Of a DNA stretch of 64,000 nucleotides, positions 18,038 to 27,210 are shown one piece after another; the first letter of the stretch is position 1, and each line of letters opens with the position of its first letter. The notes under the pieces were generated by a model. That model saw only the letters and a list, made by a program, of their open reading frames with translations. It searched no databases and was not told the DNA's origin. The stretch comes from Candidatus Thorarchaeota archaeon (GTDB lineage: Archaea; Asgardarchaeota; Thorarchaeia; Thorarchaeales; Thorarchaeaceae): positions 2,332,310 to 2,396,309 of the forward strand of contig CP070761.1 of NCBI GenBank assembly GCA_020348985.1, in the 5' to 3' direction. The translations under genes were made by a program, and so were the position numbers.

Positions 18038-19027
18038 TCACAGCCTGCTCAGAATCTGTAGAATGTTTCCGAAGTTGTGCTCAACGGTCCTGCTCTTCTC
18101 GCTATACGATTCTAGATTCGCGAGTCTAGAGTCCTTTTCTAGTAGCTCACGGAATCTTTCCGAACGAATCTCTGAGTGGATCCGGTCATTGACATCAAGA
18201 ATCTGGTCTGATGTCTTGAGAATGAACTGGAGCATCTTGATCAGGAGGTGAAAGTCGTTGATGTCTCTGAGTTGTAACGTCTGACTGTAGAACTGAAATT
18301 CAAAGCGTGCAAGAAGCTCCCGCATGCCAGCTAGATCCACAAGCCAAATTGGGGATCCTTCTTCTTTTAGCTCCGAGTGGAGATCTGACCAACATGCTTG
18401 TTGTTCCAGCAACTGCACCAGATACCCACGTAAGAAGGCAAAGTGGTCGACACCCTCTTCGATGTCATCTTCAGTACCTATCGGACTCATCATTCCATCT
18501 GTCTGACTGTGTTTCACAGCAATCATCAGTGAGAATTTGTCCACGTAACGTTTGACTTCTTCTGTCTTCTCCTTACGTGACATCAAGTCGGAGAAGGTAT
18601 CCGCAAGAGTGAGAATGAACTTGTAAAGACATTCGGAGCATATCTCTGCACTTGCTGTTAGGTCCTTTGTCGAAAGAAACTGCAGAGCATCCTCGAGGTC
18701 ATTTCCTGGCACGTCATACCCGTGAATACGAAGAACCCACCCTTGAGAGATGCAGTATACCTTGTTATCCGGATAATTGACATAGATAGAGGTGTAGCAC
18801 ACATTGCTATCTTCGGATCTCTCCTCCAACATTCCTTTTCTGTTAGTCCTATAGGAGAAGACCTGAGGATCGACTTCCATCGCCTCAACTTCTAGTATGT
18901 TGTCATCATTGATACATAGCTTCTCATCACCAAAGACCTTGAAGCAGGGGCATCCTCTGACGAGTTTGATTGAGCCTCCTTTGCCGCTGCCATCTTGTGA
19001 TTCAACCAAGATTTCTCGGGATTCCAA
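18038..19027 (-). CDS. Cys-rich hypothetical protein, paralog of 19167..20126
   Basis: LVRGCPCFKVFGDEKLCIND, YCISQG, CSECLYK; helical C-terminus. Confidence 0.8.
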   Translation of the reverse strand: MESREILVESQDGSGKGGSIKLVRGCPCFKVFGDEKLCINDDNILEVEAMEVDPQVFSYRTNRKGMLEERSEDSNVCYTSIYVNYPDNKVYCISQGWVLRIHGYDVPGNDLEDALQFLSTKDLTASAEICSECLYKFILTLADTFSDLMSRKEKTEEVKRYVDKFSLMIAVKHSQTDGMMSPIGTEDDIEEGVDHFAFLRGYLVQLLEQQACWSDLHSELKEEGSPIWLVDLAGMRELLARFEFQFYSQTLQLRDINDFHLLIKMLQFILKTSDQILDVNDRIHSEIRSERFRELLEKDSRLANLESYSEKSRTVEHNFGNILQILSRL

Positions 19028-19166
19028 GCCATCATACCTCTGACAAAGAGTCGACGAAATGCACTAATCTTCTGGAAATCTAGGGATATAGGCATTGTTG
19101 TCAGATATTTGCTACATTTCCTTCACTTGCTTCCTTTCTCCAGATAGTCAGTCTGTGCCTTCTGGA

Positions 19167-20126
19167 CTATACATCGACCTGATTCAAGACCCCGACTAAG
19201 CCGGCGAATCGCTGTTCAGCCTTCCTCCGTCGAAGAGAATAACGCTCAAGGAATGACGCGAAGTCACACGGCTTGGATTCAGATTCCTCTAATCTTCGAA
19301 TTCTCTCTCGTATTGCATCACATAGATTGAGTACTCTTTCTGCGATGTCAACCATGTGCCTCAGTAGTCCAAGTGCAACGATTTCGTCACTAGCATCAAC
19401 CAGAGTTTCGACTTGGAAAAGGAAGATTGACTCGAGCCTTATGAGTTGCTTATGGTAGTCCACTACAGCGGCTGCATCTTCCATCTGATCGTCCAAGCTC
19501 AAAGAGCTCGCATATGTCGCAATCTCTGATCGTTCCTTTAGAGCCACTCCAACGTGGATAGAGATAAGCTCTCTCAGTACGCCATCCTTCTCTTCAGACA
19601 GATCTGCTTCTGCGCCTGAGAAATCCGTCAGAATCTTGATTGCCAGATTCTTGACATAGGTCACTATCATCTCAGCCTTTTCACTATCCGTAATCACGTC
19701 CTCGAAGACATTGCTCAGTGTCACTATGTATTTGTATAGACAGCTTGAGCACTGGGCCCCGTTTGCTGTCGCTCCAGTAATCGTCAGAAATTTGAGCGCG
19801 GCTTCCATATCCGCCGCCTTGATTGGTCTCTGATTGATTCTGAGCTTCCTGCCTTGACTCACACAGTATGTATCGTCTTCGACAGAGTCCAAACCTATCA
19901 AGAGATAGCAGAGTCCCTCCATGCTGCTACAATGCTCAAGCATATGCTCAACTGTATCTACGTGAGTGTAGAACGCCGGGTCGACAGAAATCGCTTTGAT
20001 TGGCAGAACACTATCGTGATTAATACAGACACTCTCGTCTCCAAACTCCTTGTAGCATGGACAACCCCTAACCAGACGAACATCCTTTTGAACGGCTCCT
20101 GATGTGGTTGAGCCGCTATCATTCAT
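19167..20126 (-). CDS. Cys-rich hypothetical protein, paralog of 18038..19027
   Basis: LVRGCPCYKEFGDESVCINH, YCVSQG, CSSCLYK; SD AGGTGT before ATG 20126. Confidence 0.75.
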   Translation of the reverse strand: MNDSGSTTSGAVQKDVRLVRGCPCYKEFGDESVCINHDSVLPIKAISVDPAFYTHVDTVEHMLEHCSSMEGLCYLLIGLDSVEDDTYCVSQGRKLRINQRPIKAADMEAALKFLTITGATANGAQCSSCLYKYIVTLSNVFEDVITDSEKAEMIVTYVKNLAIKILTDFSGAEADLSEEKDGVLRELISIHVGVALKERSEIATYASSLSLDDQMEDAAAVVDYHKQLIRLESIFLFQVETLVDASDEIVALGLLRHMVDIAERVLNLCDAIRERIRRLEESESKPCDFASFLERYSLRRRKAEQRFAGLVGVLNQVDV

Positions 20127-20261
20127 AAGACATACACCTAGTCGCTTTTCGCCGACAAACCCTTTTGCGAGCAAAATGGGGTCAGTCCACGGAATATCTG
20201 TCAGCTCATTTGGCGCTGATATTAACGTTTCTTGATTGGATGGCGACCAGGTGGACCAATT

Positions 20262-20402
20262 CTAGCCCCATAGCTCGCGCTTGAGAAGATCCCGAATAGC
20301 GATTCGAATTGCCTCTGACCTGTTTGGATAGAGCCTTGATTCGACCAGTCTCTCGAGACCCTCGACGTACTGCTCAGGAATATGAAGTGTGACGAGTTTC
20401 AT
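20262..20402 (-). CDS. 46-aa ribbon-helix-helix regulator, CdrS/CopG-like (not in the ORF track)
   Basis: Translated by hand: MKLVTLHIPEQYVEGLERLVESRLYPNRSEAIRIAIRDLLKRELWG; SD AGGTGT upstream. Confidence 0.9.
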   Translation of the reverse strand: MKLVTLHIPEQYVEGLERLVESRLYPNRSEAIRIAIRDLLKRELWG

Positions 20403-20447
20403 GCAGATAACACCTAGGTCACTTCTGGGTCATACGTCAATATGATG

Positions 20448-20466
20448 TTGAGTATTACTCACTCAA
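20448..20466. promoter_or_regulatory. palindromic operator upstream of the RHH gene
   Basis: TGAGTA-T-TACTCA (20449-20461) containing AGTATTA; related GTCATAC at 20429-20435. Confidence 0.55.
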
Positions 20467-20604
20467 AATAGAGCACCTGTTTACTTCTAGCTCTGGGCAA
20501 ATTGCTCAGAAGACAGAAGAGTGGGGAATCGTTGCACGGTGTAACTTATATCACAAGAGGGGTTCGTTGAACACCGTAGACCAATCCAATGGACAGGAAT
20601 TCAA

Positions 20605-21180
20605 ATGCAGTCAAGACAAGTCTTGGGCATTGGGATTGTGCTAATTTTGGTCACAGTAGGTCTGTTAGTGGTGTATCTCGCTACTATGCCGTCCAATGAT
20701 CATGATGATAATGAAGAACAGACCACTCCGAAGGATGTCGACCTCCTAGAATATAACATAACTTTACCAGAGACCCGCTGGGTCATGACTGATGGTCAAG
20801 ACCTCTATCCATCAGACCTACTAGGCAAGTGGACCATAGTTGATTTCATGGCCACCTGGTGTGGGCCTTGTGAAGCTTTCAATTCGGATCTGAAGCAACT
20901 TCACGACACGTATGGGGACTCGATAAACCTAATCTCATTGACGGTCACGATGAGCGAGACCTTAGGTATGTTGGAGGACTATAAGGATGATAACAATATC
21001 ACATGGCGCATTGGTCAGGACTATGGTGAGAATTGGCAAAACACAGCATCAGAATTCATTGGTGTTCGCTACATTCCCACTCCAATCATCATTGATCCTG
21101 ATGGCATACTTAGATGGATGCATGAGGGAATTTGGGCCTTCGTGGACATGAACGAAGTTCTTACAAGCCTAATGGGATAA
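20605..21180 (+). CDS. membrane-anchored TlpA/ResA thiol-disulfide oxidoreductase
   Basis: N-terminal TM segment, DFMATWCGPC, YIPT..IIDPDG. Confidence 0.9.
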   Translation: MQSRQVLGIGIVLILVTVGLLVVYLATMPSNDHDDNEEQTTPKDVDLLEYNITLPETRWVMTDGQDLYPSDLLGKWTIVDFMATWCGPCEAFNSDLKQLHDTYGDSINLISLTVTMSETLGMLEDYKDDNNITWRIGQDYGENWQNTASEFIGVRYIPTPIIIDPDGILRWMHEGIWAFVDMNEVLTSLMG

Positions 21181-21197
21181 AGGTTTGATCGGGCGCG

Positions 21198-21893
21198 ATG
21201 TTCATCGACTATCTGATTGAAGTAGCTGCAAATCTCGGGACTTCTTTCGGAGTTGGCTTCTACCTTGCCACCTCTCCCTGCATCTTTCCTCTCCTACCCC
21301 TCTTCCTGCTCAGAAGTCTGCAATCACAAGAGACTCGCAGAGGTAGTGTAGCAATCACGGGTGCTCTCTGGTTGGGTATCATGACTTCTCTTGGAGTCTT
21401 CGCGGCTGTCTCCGGATTCATCGGTTTGTGGGTAATCAGGCACTATGACACCTTACAAGGGCTTCTTGGCATGATTGTCGCGTTCCTTGGGATAGTCACC
21501 ATGTCTCACACTCTGCGTGAGAAGCTAGGACTTACACGATTGAGCATGACCGAACCCGGTGACCCAAAAAGTCTGATGGGAGTCTATGCGGTTGGATTTG
21601 GCTACGCAATGCTTGCGGCTCCATGTAATATGCCTGTCCTACTTGCTTTCCCCCTTCTTTTTGGCCTGCAGTCCGAGCTCTACGTGATTCTCCTGATGGT
21701 GATCACGCTTGCAATCGGCGTGGCTACACCTTACCTCGCAATAGCGCTGGCTACTGGAGAAGCGAGGAGTAGAATTGCATCCACAATCGCAGACTCGGCC
21801 CGCAAAGTTGAGATAATTGTGGGCCTGCTGCTGATCATTGTTGGCATGTGGTTGGCCTATCCGCTCATTGGGGGCATATTCACAAGCGGCTAG
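21198..21893 (+). CDS. ccdA: CcdA/DsbD-type transmembrane disulfide reductase
   Basis: Six hydrophobic segments; SPCIFPLLP and AAPC cysteines; follows TlpA. Confidence 0.85.
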   Translation: MFIDYLIEVAANLGTSFGVGFYLATSPCIFPLLPLFLLRSLQSQETRRGSVAITGALWLGIMTSLGVFAAVSGFIGLWVIRHYDTLQGLLGMIVAFLGIVTMSHTLREKLGLTRLSMTEPGDPKSLMGVYAVGFGYAMLAAPCNMPVLLAFPLLFGLQSELYVILLMVITLAIGVATPYLAIALATGEARSRIASTIADSARKVEIIVGLLLIIVGMWLAYPLIGGIFTSG

Positions 21894-21979
21894 AGTCCCA
21901 TCACGCAGAAGAGCACAAGTTATATCGGACCAAGTGAATCGCACGAGCTAATCCGTGTGCTCCGATGGAATGATGACAA

Positions 21980-24109
21980 ATGGTGGATAAGCAAGAAGGG
22001 ATTCGCCACCTCTTCAATCCACGCTCTATTGCCGTGATTGGGGCATCTGATACAAAAGGGAAACTCGGGAATTCAGTTGTGAAAAACCTGCTTCAGAGTG
22101 GCTATCCGGGCAAAATCTATCCTATCAACCCCAAGGGAGGCGAGATTCTTGGGCTGAAAGTCCACAAGTCCGTTGGTGACGTGAAAGGCGACGTTGATGT
22201 GGCTGTCATTGTCATTCCCGCACGTTTCGTTCTGCCAGTTGTTGAAGAGTGTGGCAAGAAGGGAGTAAGAGCGCTGGTCGTAATCACGGCAGGATTCAGA
22301 GAAATTGGACACGAAGGTCAACAAGCGGAACAGAAAATGGTTGAACTAGCTAACAAATACGGAATGGTTCTACAAGGACCTAATGTTTTAGGCATGGTCA
22401 ACAACAGCGAGCCGTTTCCCTACAACGCATCCTTCGCTGCAGGTACTCCTGACAAGGGGCCGATAGCATTCGCATCTCAATCTGGAGCACTGATGACTGG
22501 AATTCTGGATTGGAGCCTTACAGAGAAGATTGGTTTCTCCAAGTTCGTGAGCCTTGGTAACAAGAGCCAATTGGATGAGGCAGACTTTGTCGAGGCTTTT
22601 GGCAAGGATCCAGACTCGAAATTCATTCTCCTCTACATCGAGTCTGTAATCGAGGGCCGTAGGTTCATGAAAGTGTGCCGCGAGGTGACTCCTCACAAGC
22701 CAGTTTTCGTTGTCAAATCAGGGGTCAGCCAGGCAGGTGCCCGAGCCGCGTCATCTCACACGGGTTCTCTGGCAGGAAGTGACATGGCCTACGAGGTTGC
22801 ATTCAAACAGTCTGGAGTGATTCGTGCAGATAACATGGCTGAGCTCTTTGAAGTGGCCAATGTCTACGATGACATGGGTCTTCCTCCGGGGAATCGTGTT
22901 GCGATCATAACAAATGCGGGAGGGCCCGGTATACTCACGACTGACGCTTGTGAGCTGATGGGCTTGAAGATTGCCCAGTTATCATCAGACACTATTGCCT
23001 ACTTGAAAGAAAAAATGCCGCCAGCAGCATCAGTGTACAATCCAATCGATGCATTGGGAACTGCGCAGCCTGAGCACTATTCATCGTGTCTAGAGGCCGT
23101 CATGAGAGATGAGAATGTAGACTCAGTTCTGATTCTCCTGACTCCACAAGCAATGACGAAACCCATTGAGACCGCTGAGGTTTTGGTGGAATCGTACAGG
23201 AAGTACCCAGACAAACCTCTCCTTGCAGTCTTCATGGGCGGATCAACGATGGACCGACCCAGAATCATACTAAATGAGGGAGGAATACCAGAATTCGATT
23301 TTCCCGAGAGAGCGGTCAACGCCCTCGCAGAGCTCTACAGATACACCGTTGTACGAGATCGAATGACCGATGAAGCGACTCCTTCGTTTTCAGTTGACAA
23401 GAAAAAGGTCAATGAGATTATTGCGAAGGTTCGAGAAGATGGCCGTCGTGTCATGTTGGGCAGTGAAGCACATTCGATTGCCGAGGCCTACGGCATCCCT
23501 GTCGCGAAGATAAGATTGGCAACAAGTTCAGAAGAAGCAAAGAGAATCGCCAATGACCTCGGGTACCCCTTGGTCATGAAGATTTCAAGTCCGGACATAA
23601 TTCACAAGACAGACATTGGTGGCATTATGCTCGGTCTAGAAACAGAAGAGGAGGTTGAGGCGGCCTTCCTCGAGATTCTTGGTAATGCTCGAACTCATGC
23701 TCCAAGAGCTGTGATCTACGGAGTCGATGTCCAGCAGATGGTACCAAAGGGAAAGGAGCTGATAATCGGATGTTCTCGAGACGTCCAGTTTGGACCCCTC
23801 GTTATGTTTGGAGCAGGTGGCATCTTCGTGAACTATCTGAAGGATGTGGCGTTCAGGCTGGCACCATTGACACGTACGCATGCTGCTGACCTAATGGATG
23901 AGACAAAGATGAGTACCATCTTGAAGGGCGTTCGTGGAGAAGCTCCAAGTGACTTGGCAGCGCTAGAGGATACAATACTTCGAATCAGTCAACTTGTGAC
24001 AGACTTTGAGGACGTCGTCGAGTTGGACATAAACCCCGTCTTCTGTTATGAGAAAGGTCAAGGGATTTCAGCAGTCGACGTGAAGATTACGATAAGTGGT
24101 GAACGTTAA
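21980..24109 (+). CDS. ADP-forming acyl-CoA synthetase (fused AcdA-AcdB)
   Basis: PRSIAVIGAS, GPNVLG, SQSGAL, SSHTGSLAG, NPID, HKTDIGG, ELDINP. Confidence 0.93.
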   Translation: MVDKQEGIRHLFNPRSIAVIGASDTKGKLGNSVVKNLLQSGYPGKIYPINPKGGEILGLKVHKSVGDVKGDVDVAVIVIPARFVLPVVEECGKKGVRALVVITAGFREIGHEGQQAEQKMVELANKYGMVLQGPNVLGMVNNSEPFPYNASFAAGTPDKGPIAFASQSGALMTGILDWSLTEKIGFSKFVSLGNKSQLDEADFVEAFGKDPDSKFILLYIESVIEGRRFMKVCREVTPHKPVFVVKSGVSQAGARAASSHTGSLAGSDMAYEVAFKQSGVIRADNMAELFEVANVYDDMGLPPGNRVAIITNAGGPGILTTDACELMGLKIAQLSSDTIAYLKEKMPPAASVYNPIDALGTAQPEHYSSCLEAVMRDENVDSVLILLTPQAMTKPIETAEVLVESYRKYPDKPLLAVFMGGSTMDRPRIILNEGGIPEFDFPERAVNALAELYRYTVVRDRMTDEATPSFSVDKKKVNEIIAKVREDGRRVMLGSEAHSIAEAYGIPVAKIRLATSSEEAKRIANDLGYPLVMKISSPDIIHKTDIGGIMLGLETEEEVEAAFLEILGNARTHAPRAVIYGVDVQQMVPKGKELIIGCSRDVQFGPLVMFGAGGIFVNYLKDVAFRLAPLTRTHAADLMDETKMSTILKGVRGEAPSDLAALEDTILRISQLVTDFEDVVELDINPVFCYEKGQGISAVDVKITISGER

Positions 24110-25170
24110 TGGCTAGGAATATTGTAGTAACCGGGGAGGCGGGCACAGGAAAGACCATGGTGGCCCTAGCGATTGCCATGGGACTTCGTGCCAAAGGAAA
24201 GAAAGTGGGTTACTTCAAGCCTGCTGGAGAGAAAAGCTTCAAACGTAGCAAGGACGGAATGTCGATTGACGAGGACGCTGCAATAATGAAAGATGTCCTC
24301 GGCTTGGAGGCAGATGCTGGGTCTATCTGCCCGATACCTCAGTCTCATACATCGTTTGATGAGCTCGCAAAGATTGGCACCGCTGACCTGAAGGCCAAGA
24401 TCCAGGAGTCTTATGATGAAGTATCCAGGGGCATGGATGTTGTTATCATCGAAGGTACAAGAGATCCCTGGCAGCTTCTACACGTGAATCTCTCAACCCC
24501 TCAGATAGCTCAGATGATGGAGGCCCGTGTTCTCTGCCTTGTCAATTTCACCGAGCTATCTGCGACCGACAATATCCTCCATCTGAAGAGTTTCTTCAAT
24601 CAGCACGGCATCGCCTCTATGGGCGTTGTGCTGACTATGGTACCCCCGATGCTCAAGAACACGATTCAGAATGAGATACCGAAGTTCATGGAGGAACATG
24701 AAATTGGCTTCTGCGGAGCGATATATCATCGAAGAGAGCTATTCAATCCCACAATACGAGATATCCTGCGTGCTCTGGATGGAGAAATGATAGTGGGGGA
24801 CGACAAGCTGGATCATCTTATCGATCAATTCCTAATTGGAAGCATGCTGCCGGAAAATGCGCTGAAGTGGTTCCGCAGAGCTAGGGACAGTGCTGTCATC
24901 ACAGGCGGCGACCGTGCTGATCTTTGTCTTGCTGCAATGGAAACAGATGTAGCTTTGTTGATTCTGACTGGGGGTCTAGGTCCTGACATCCGAACAATCT
25001 CTAGGGCAAAGGAGACTGGTGTTCCCATTCTGATGACGGCTCACGACACGTATGCAACGGGGCGAATTGTTGACGGACTCATAGGGACAGTTTCTGCAGA
25101 GAATAAGAGGAAGATAAAGACCATAGAGAAGATTGTTGGTGAAGCACTGGACTTTGCATGCCTCAGTTAG
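24109..25170 (+). CDS. phosphotransacetylase N-terminal-like protein (BioD-like plus DRTGG)
   Basis: GTGKT, VGYFKP, IIEG, ITGGDRAD, LILTGG. Confidence 0.88.
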   Translation: MARNIVVTGEAGTGKTMVALAIAMGLRAKGKKVGYFKPAGEKSFKRSKDGMSIDEDAAIMKDVLGLEADAGSICPIPQSHTSFDELAKIGTADLKAKIQESYDEVSRGMDVVIIEGTRDPWQLLHVNLSTPQIAQMMEARVLCLVNFTELSATDNILHLKSFFNQHGIASMGVVLTMVPPMLKNTIQNEIPKFMEEHEIGFCGAIYHRRELFNPTIRDILRALDGEMIVGDDKLDHLIDQFLIGSMLPENALKWFRRARDSAVITGGDRADLCLAAMETDVALLILTGGLGPDIRTISRAKETGVPILMTAHDTYATGRIVDGLIGTVSAENKRKIKTIEKIVGEALDFACLS

Positions 25171-25178
25171 AATCCACA

Positions 25179-25444
25179 ACCGTCCGAAGAGGGTGGTGAG
25201 AAGGAGCGGAATCGCTCCAACTCAGAAACAACGAGAGCGTTGGACTCGCCGGGAGGAGTCCAATACGCAAGATGTTGGCTTGAAGACAAGGATAAGTCAC
25301 TGTGTGTAGTTCAGCAAATACCGGCTCTTTGCTCTAGTAATACCCTGAACAAGTGACAAGTATAGCTAATCTCAAGAGAAGTGGATAGCCAACGCTAGGT
25401 GACACGGACAGCTATTCTCAGCGGATGAGAAGTCTCGTTTTTCT
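25179..25444 (+). ncRNA. candidate structured RNA of unknown class
   Basis: At least seven nested or adjacent helices plus complementary loops (see findings); G-U pairs favour the + strand. Confidence 0.5.
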
Positions 25445-25503
25445 GGTTGCTTCTGCTTCTCGCAAAGGATTTATGACAGCGTCTTCCGTTGCCAATGCGC
25501 GAC

Positions 25504-25516
25504 TTTACTAAGTAAA
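25504..25516. promoter_or_regulatory. perfect palindrome TTTACT-A-AGTAAA next to the SD of the nitroreductase/beta-oxidation operon
   Basis: 6-bp arms immediately 5' of GAGGT (25518). Confidence 0.45.
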
Positions 25517-25529
25517 CGAGGTATGTTAA

Positions 25530-26297
25530 TTGGCAGGAAGTGCTGCAGAAACAACACCGGATTCGGCTGAAAGGGCTGAGGCTGGTTCGGAGACAGCTGG
25601 TGAGCTGAAATCTCTTGAACTAGTCAGGTCTCGGAGGTCAATCCGAGAATTCACAGGCGAACGCATTCCCGATGAGCACATCGAGCTCATCTTGGAGGCT
25701 GCTCGGCATGCTCCAAGTCCGGAGAACATGCTGATGATTCGTTTCATTGTGATTCGCGACGATCAAGAAACCAAGGAATTCCTCGCAGACATTGCTCAGG
25801 AAATGGCTGAAACCGCGTTTGGTGGTGCGCCGTTTGAGCTCACTTCTGGACGAAACTGGTTCATATCGGACCCGTATCGTGCGGCAGTCTACGCGAGGTT
25901 AAGGGATGGAAAGCTATTCAGATATCCCGAGAAGAGCGATGCTGTAATCCTAGTTTGTGCAAGTGAAACATGGCATGATGCCGGCTATCTGTATCCCAAT
26001 GATCTCTTCGGTTCTGTTGTGTCAGGAATGGCAATTCAGAACATGTGGCTTGTAGCCACAGAGCTGGGATACGGATGTGGGTACGAGGCATTGGTCTGTT
26101 CAGACCCCCGACATGCAATGCTAATCAGAGACCGAGTTGGAATCCCGCCAACTTGGACACCTTTGACAGCATTCTGTATTGGAGTCAGAGTGTCGCCAAG
26201 AGCATTAGGACCTAGCAGACCTCCAATCGAGGGTCTCATGTACGAGGAGCGTTGGGGTCTTCCGTACAAGCGTATGGCATTCAGGAAGAAGGGGTGA
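25530..26297 (+). CDS. nitroreductase family flavoprotein
   Basis: SRRSIREF, LEAARHAPSPEN, IQNMWLVATELGYG. Confidence 0.88.
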   Translation: MAGSAAETTPDSAERAEAGSETAGELKSLELVRSRRSIREFTGERIPDEHIELILEAARHAPSPENMLMIRFIVIRDDQETKEFLADIAQEMAETAFGGAPFELTSGRNWFISDPYRAAVYARLRDGKLFRYPEKSDAVILVCASETWHDAGYLYPNDLFGSVVSGMAIQNMWLVATELGYGCGYEALVCSDPRHAMLIRDRVGIPPTWTPLTAFCIGVRVSPRALGPSRPPIEGLMYEERWGLPYKRMAFRKKG

Positions 26298-26302
26298 ATC
26301 AA

Positions 26303-26560
26303 ATGGACGTAAGTTTCGACGAAAAGACCATGGAGAAGCTCACCGAGCTAGCAACTGAAGCAAACCTGAGCGTGCCCGGTCTCATCGAAGTAGTGATGCA
26401 TCAGTTTGCCAACAATGTCGGTGCACGATGCTACACTGGCAGATGGTCAAAGGGCGAAGTCGATGACGTCAAGGGATTTCGCTATTGTGTGCAATGGCCT
26501 TTCAAACCTGGATTCCTTGAGGCAGAAGGGGACAAGGTCAAGAAGTGGAGGTTGGAATAG
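26303..26560 (+). CDS. small protein with N-terminal RHH-like domain and QWPF motif
   Basis: MDVSFDEKTMEKLTELATEANLSVPGLIE; SD GGGTGA. Confidence 0.7.
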   Translation: MDVSFDEKTMEKLTELATEANLSVPGLIEVVMHQFANNVGARCYTGRWSKGEVDDVKGFRYCVQWPFKPGFLEAEGDKVKKWRLE

Positions 26561-26833
26561 ATGGCTAAATTTAGAAAACACCCAACAGGTCAATGGCCCT
26601 TCTATCCAAGATTGAAAGAAGGCGACATTGAACATGAGTACTGGTCCAGCAAGAAGATGTATCACAAGGCGTTTCTCACGGACCGGATGGGCCGTATCGT
26701 TGTCACAATGGACGGTGATTCCTATGATGAGTTCTTGGATGCTGTAAGAAAGAAGAAAGGAAACATCTGGGCATCATCAATCGATGAGGCAATGCGAGAG
26801 GCAATGGCGGCTTGGGTTGCAAAGGAGGACTGA
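26561..26833 (+). CDS. small protein with QWPF motif and C-terminal RHH-like domain
   Basis: GRIVVTMDGDSYDEF...SSIDEAMREAMAAWV; abuts the previous gene. Confidence 0.7.
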   Translation: MAKFRKHPTGQWPFYPRLKEGDIEHEYWSSKKMYHKAFLTDRMGRIVVTMDGDSYDEFLDAVRKKKGNIWASSIDEAMREAMAAWVAKED

Positions 26834-26835
26834 AG

Positions 26836-27198
26836 ATGAGTCAGTTACAGGAATTCTTCCAATTCTTGGTTTCAAAGGTCAAAGAGAAAGAAGACCTTCA
26901 GAAACTTGTTGTTGAGTGGGTCGGTCCATTCGATGGTAAGATCCTTCAGGTAACTACTGAAGATGGGCCGCAGTACATGATAGTCCAAAAGGAGCCTCCT
27001 TGGATGACAGTCCATCAGGGCACATATCCAAGTCCTGATGTCATATATCGATCAACGTCAGAAGTTCTTCTGGGAATCTTCACCGGCGAAGTACCGTTCA
27101 AGGACACTATGGCTGATGGGCGCCTGGACGTCATTGGGAACGCAAATGAGAGCGACCCTCTGGCCAATCTCATCTTGGCTGCCATGATGGGAATGTAG
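26836..27198 (+). CDS. SCP2 sterol/lipid-binding domain protein
   Basis: PDVIYRSTSEVLLGIFTGE...MADGRLDVIGN. Confidence 0.75.
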   Translation: MSQLQEFFQFLVSKVKEKEDLQKLVVEWVGPFDGKILQVTTEDGPQYMIVQKEPPWMTVHQGTYPSPDVIYRSTSEVLLGIFTGEVPFKDTMADGRLDVIGNANESDPLANLILAAMMGM

Positions 27199-27210
27199 GA
27201 GGTACACATC

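Noticed and set aside
20209-20216. Canonical E2F site TTTGGCGC between the RHH gene and the Cys-rich paralogs
   Set aside because: About 8 TTTSSCGC matches are expected by chance in 64 kb over both strands, so one site is uninformative.
25168-25356. Frame stays open for about 61 codons after the TAG of the DRTGG gene (possible pyrrolysine/readthrough)
   Set aside because: The protein is already complete at the TAG, the extension is not protein-like and overlaps the structured region, and an open run this long arises by chance a few percent of the time.
25179-25444. RNase P RNA or SRP RNA as the identity of the structured region
   Set aside because: There is no GAGGAAAGUCC/P4 pairing and no SRP helix-8 motif on either strand.
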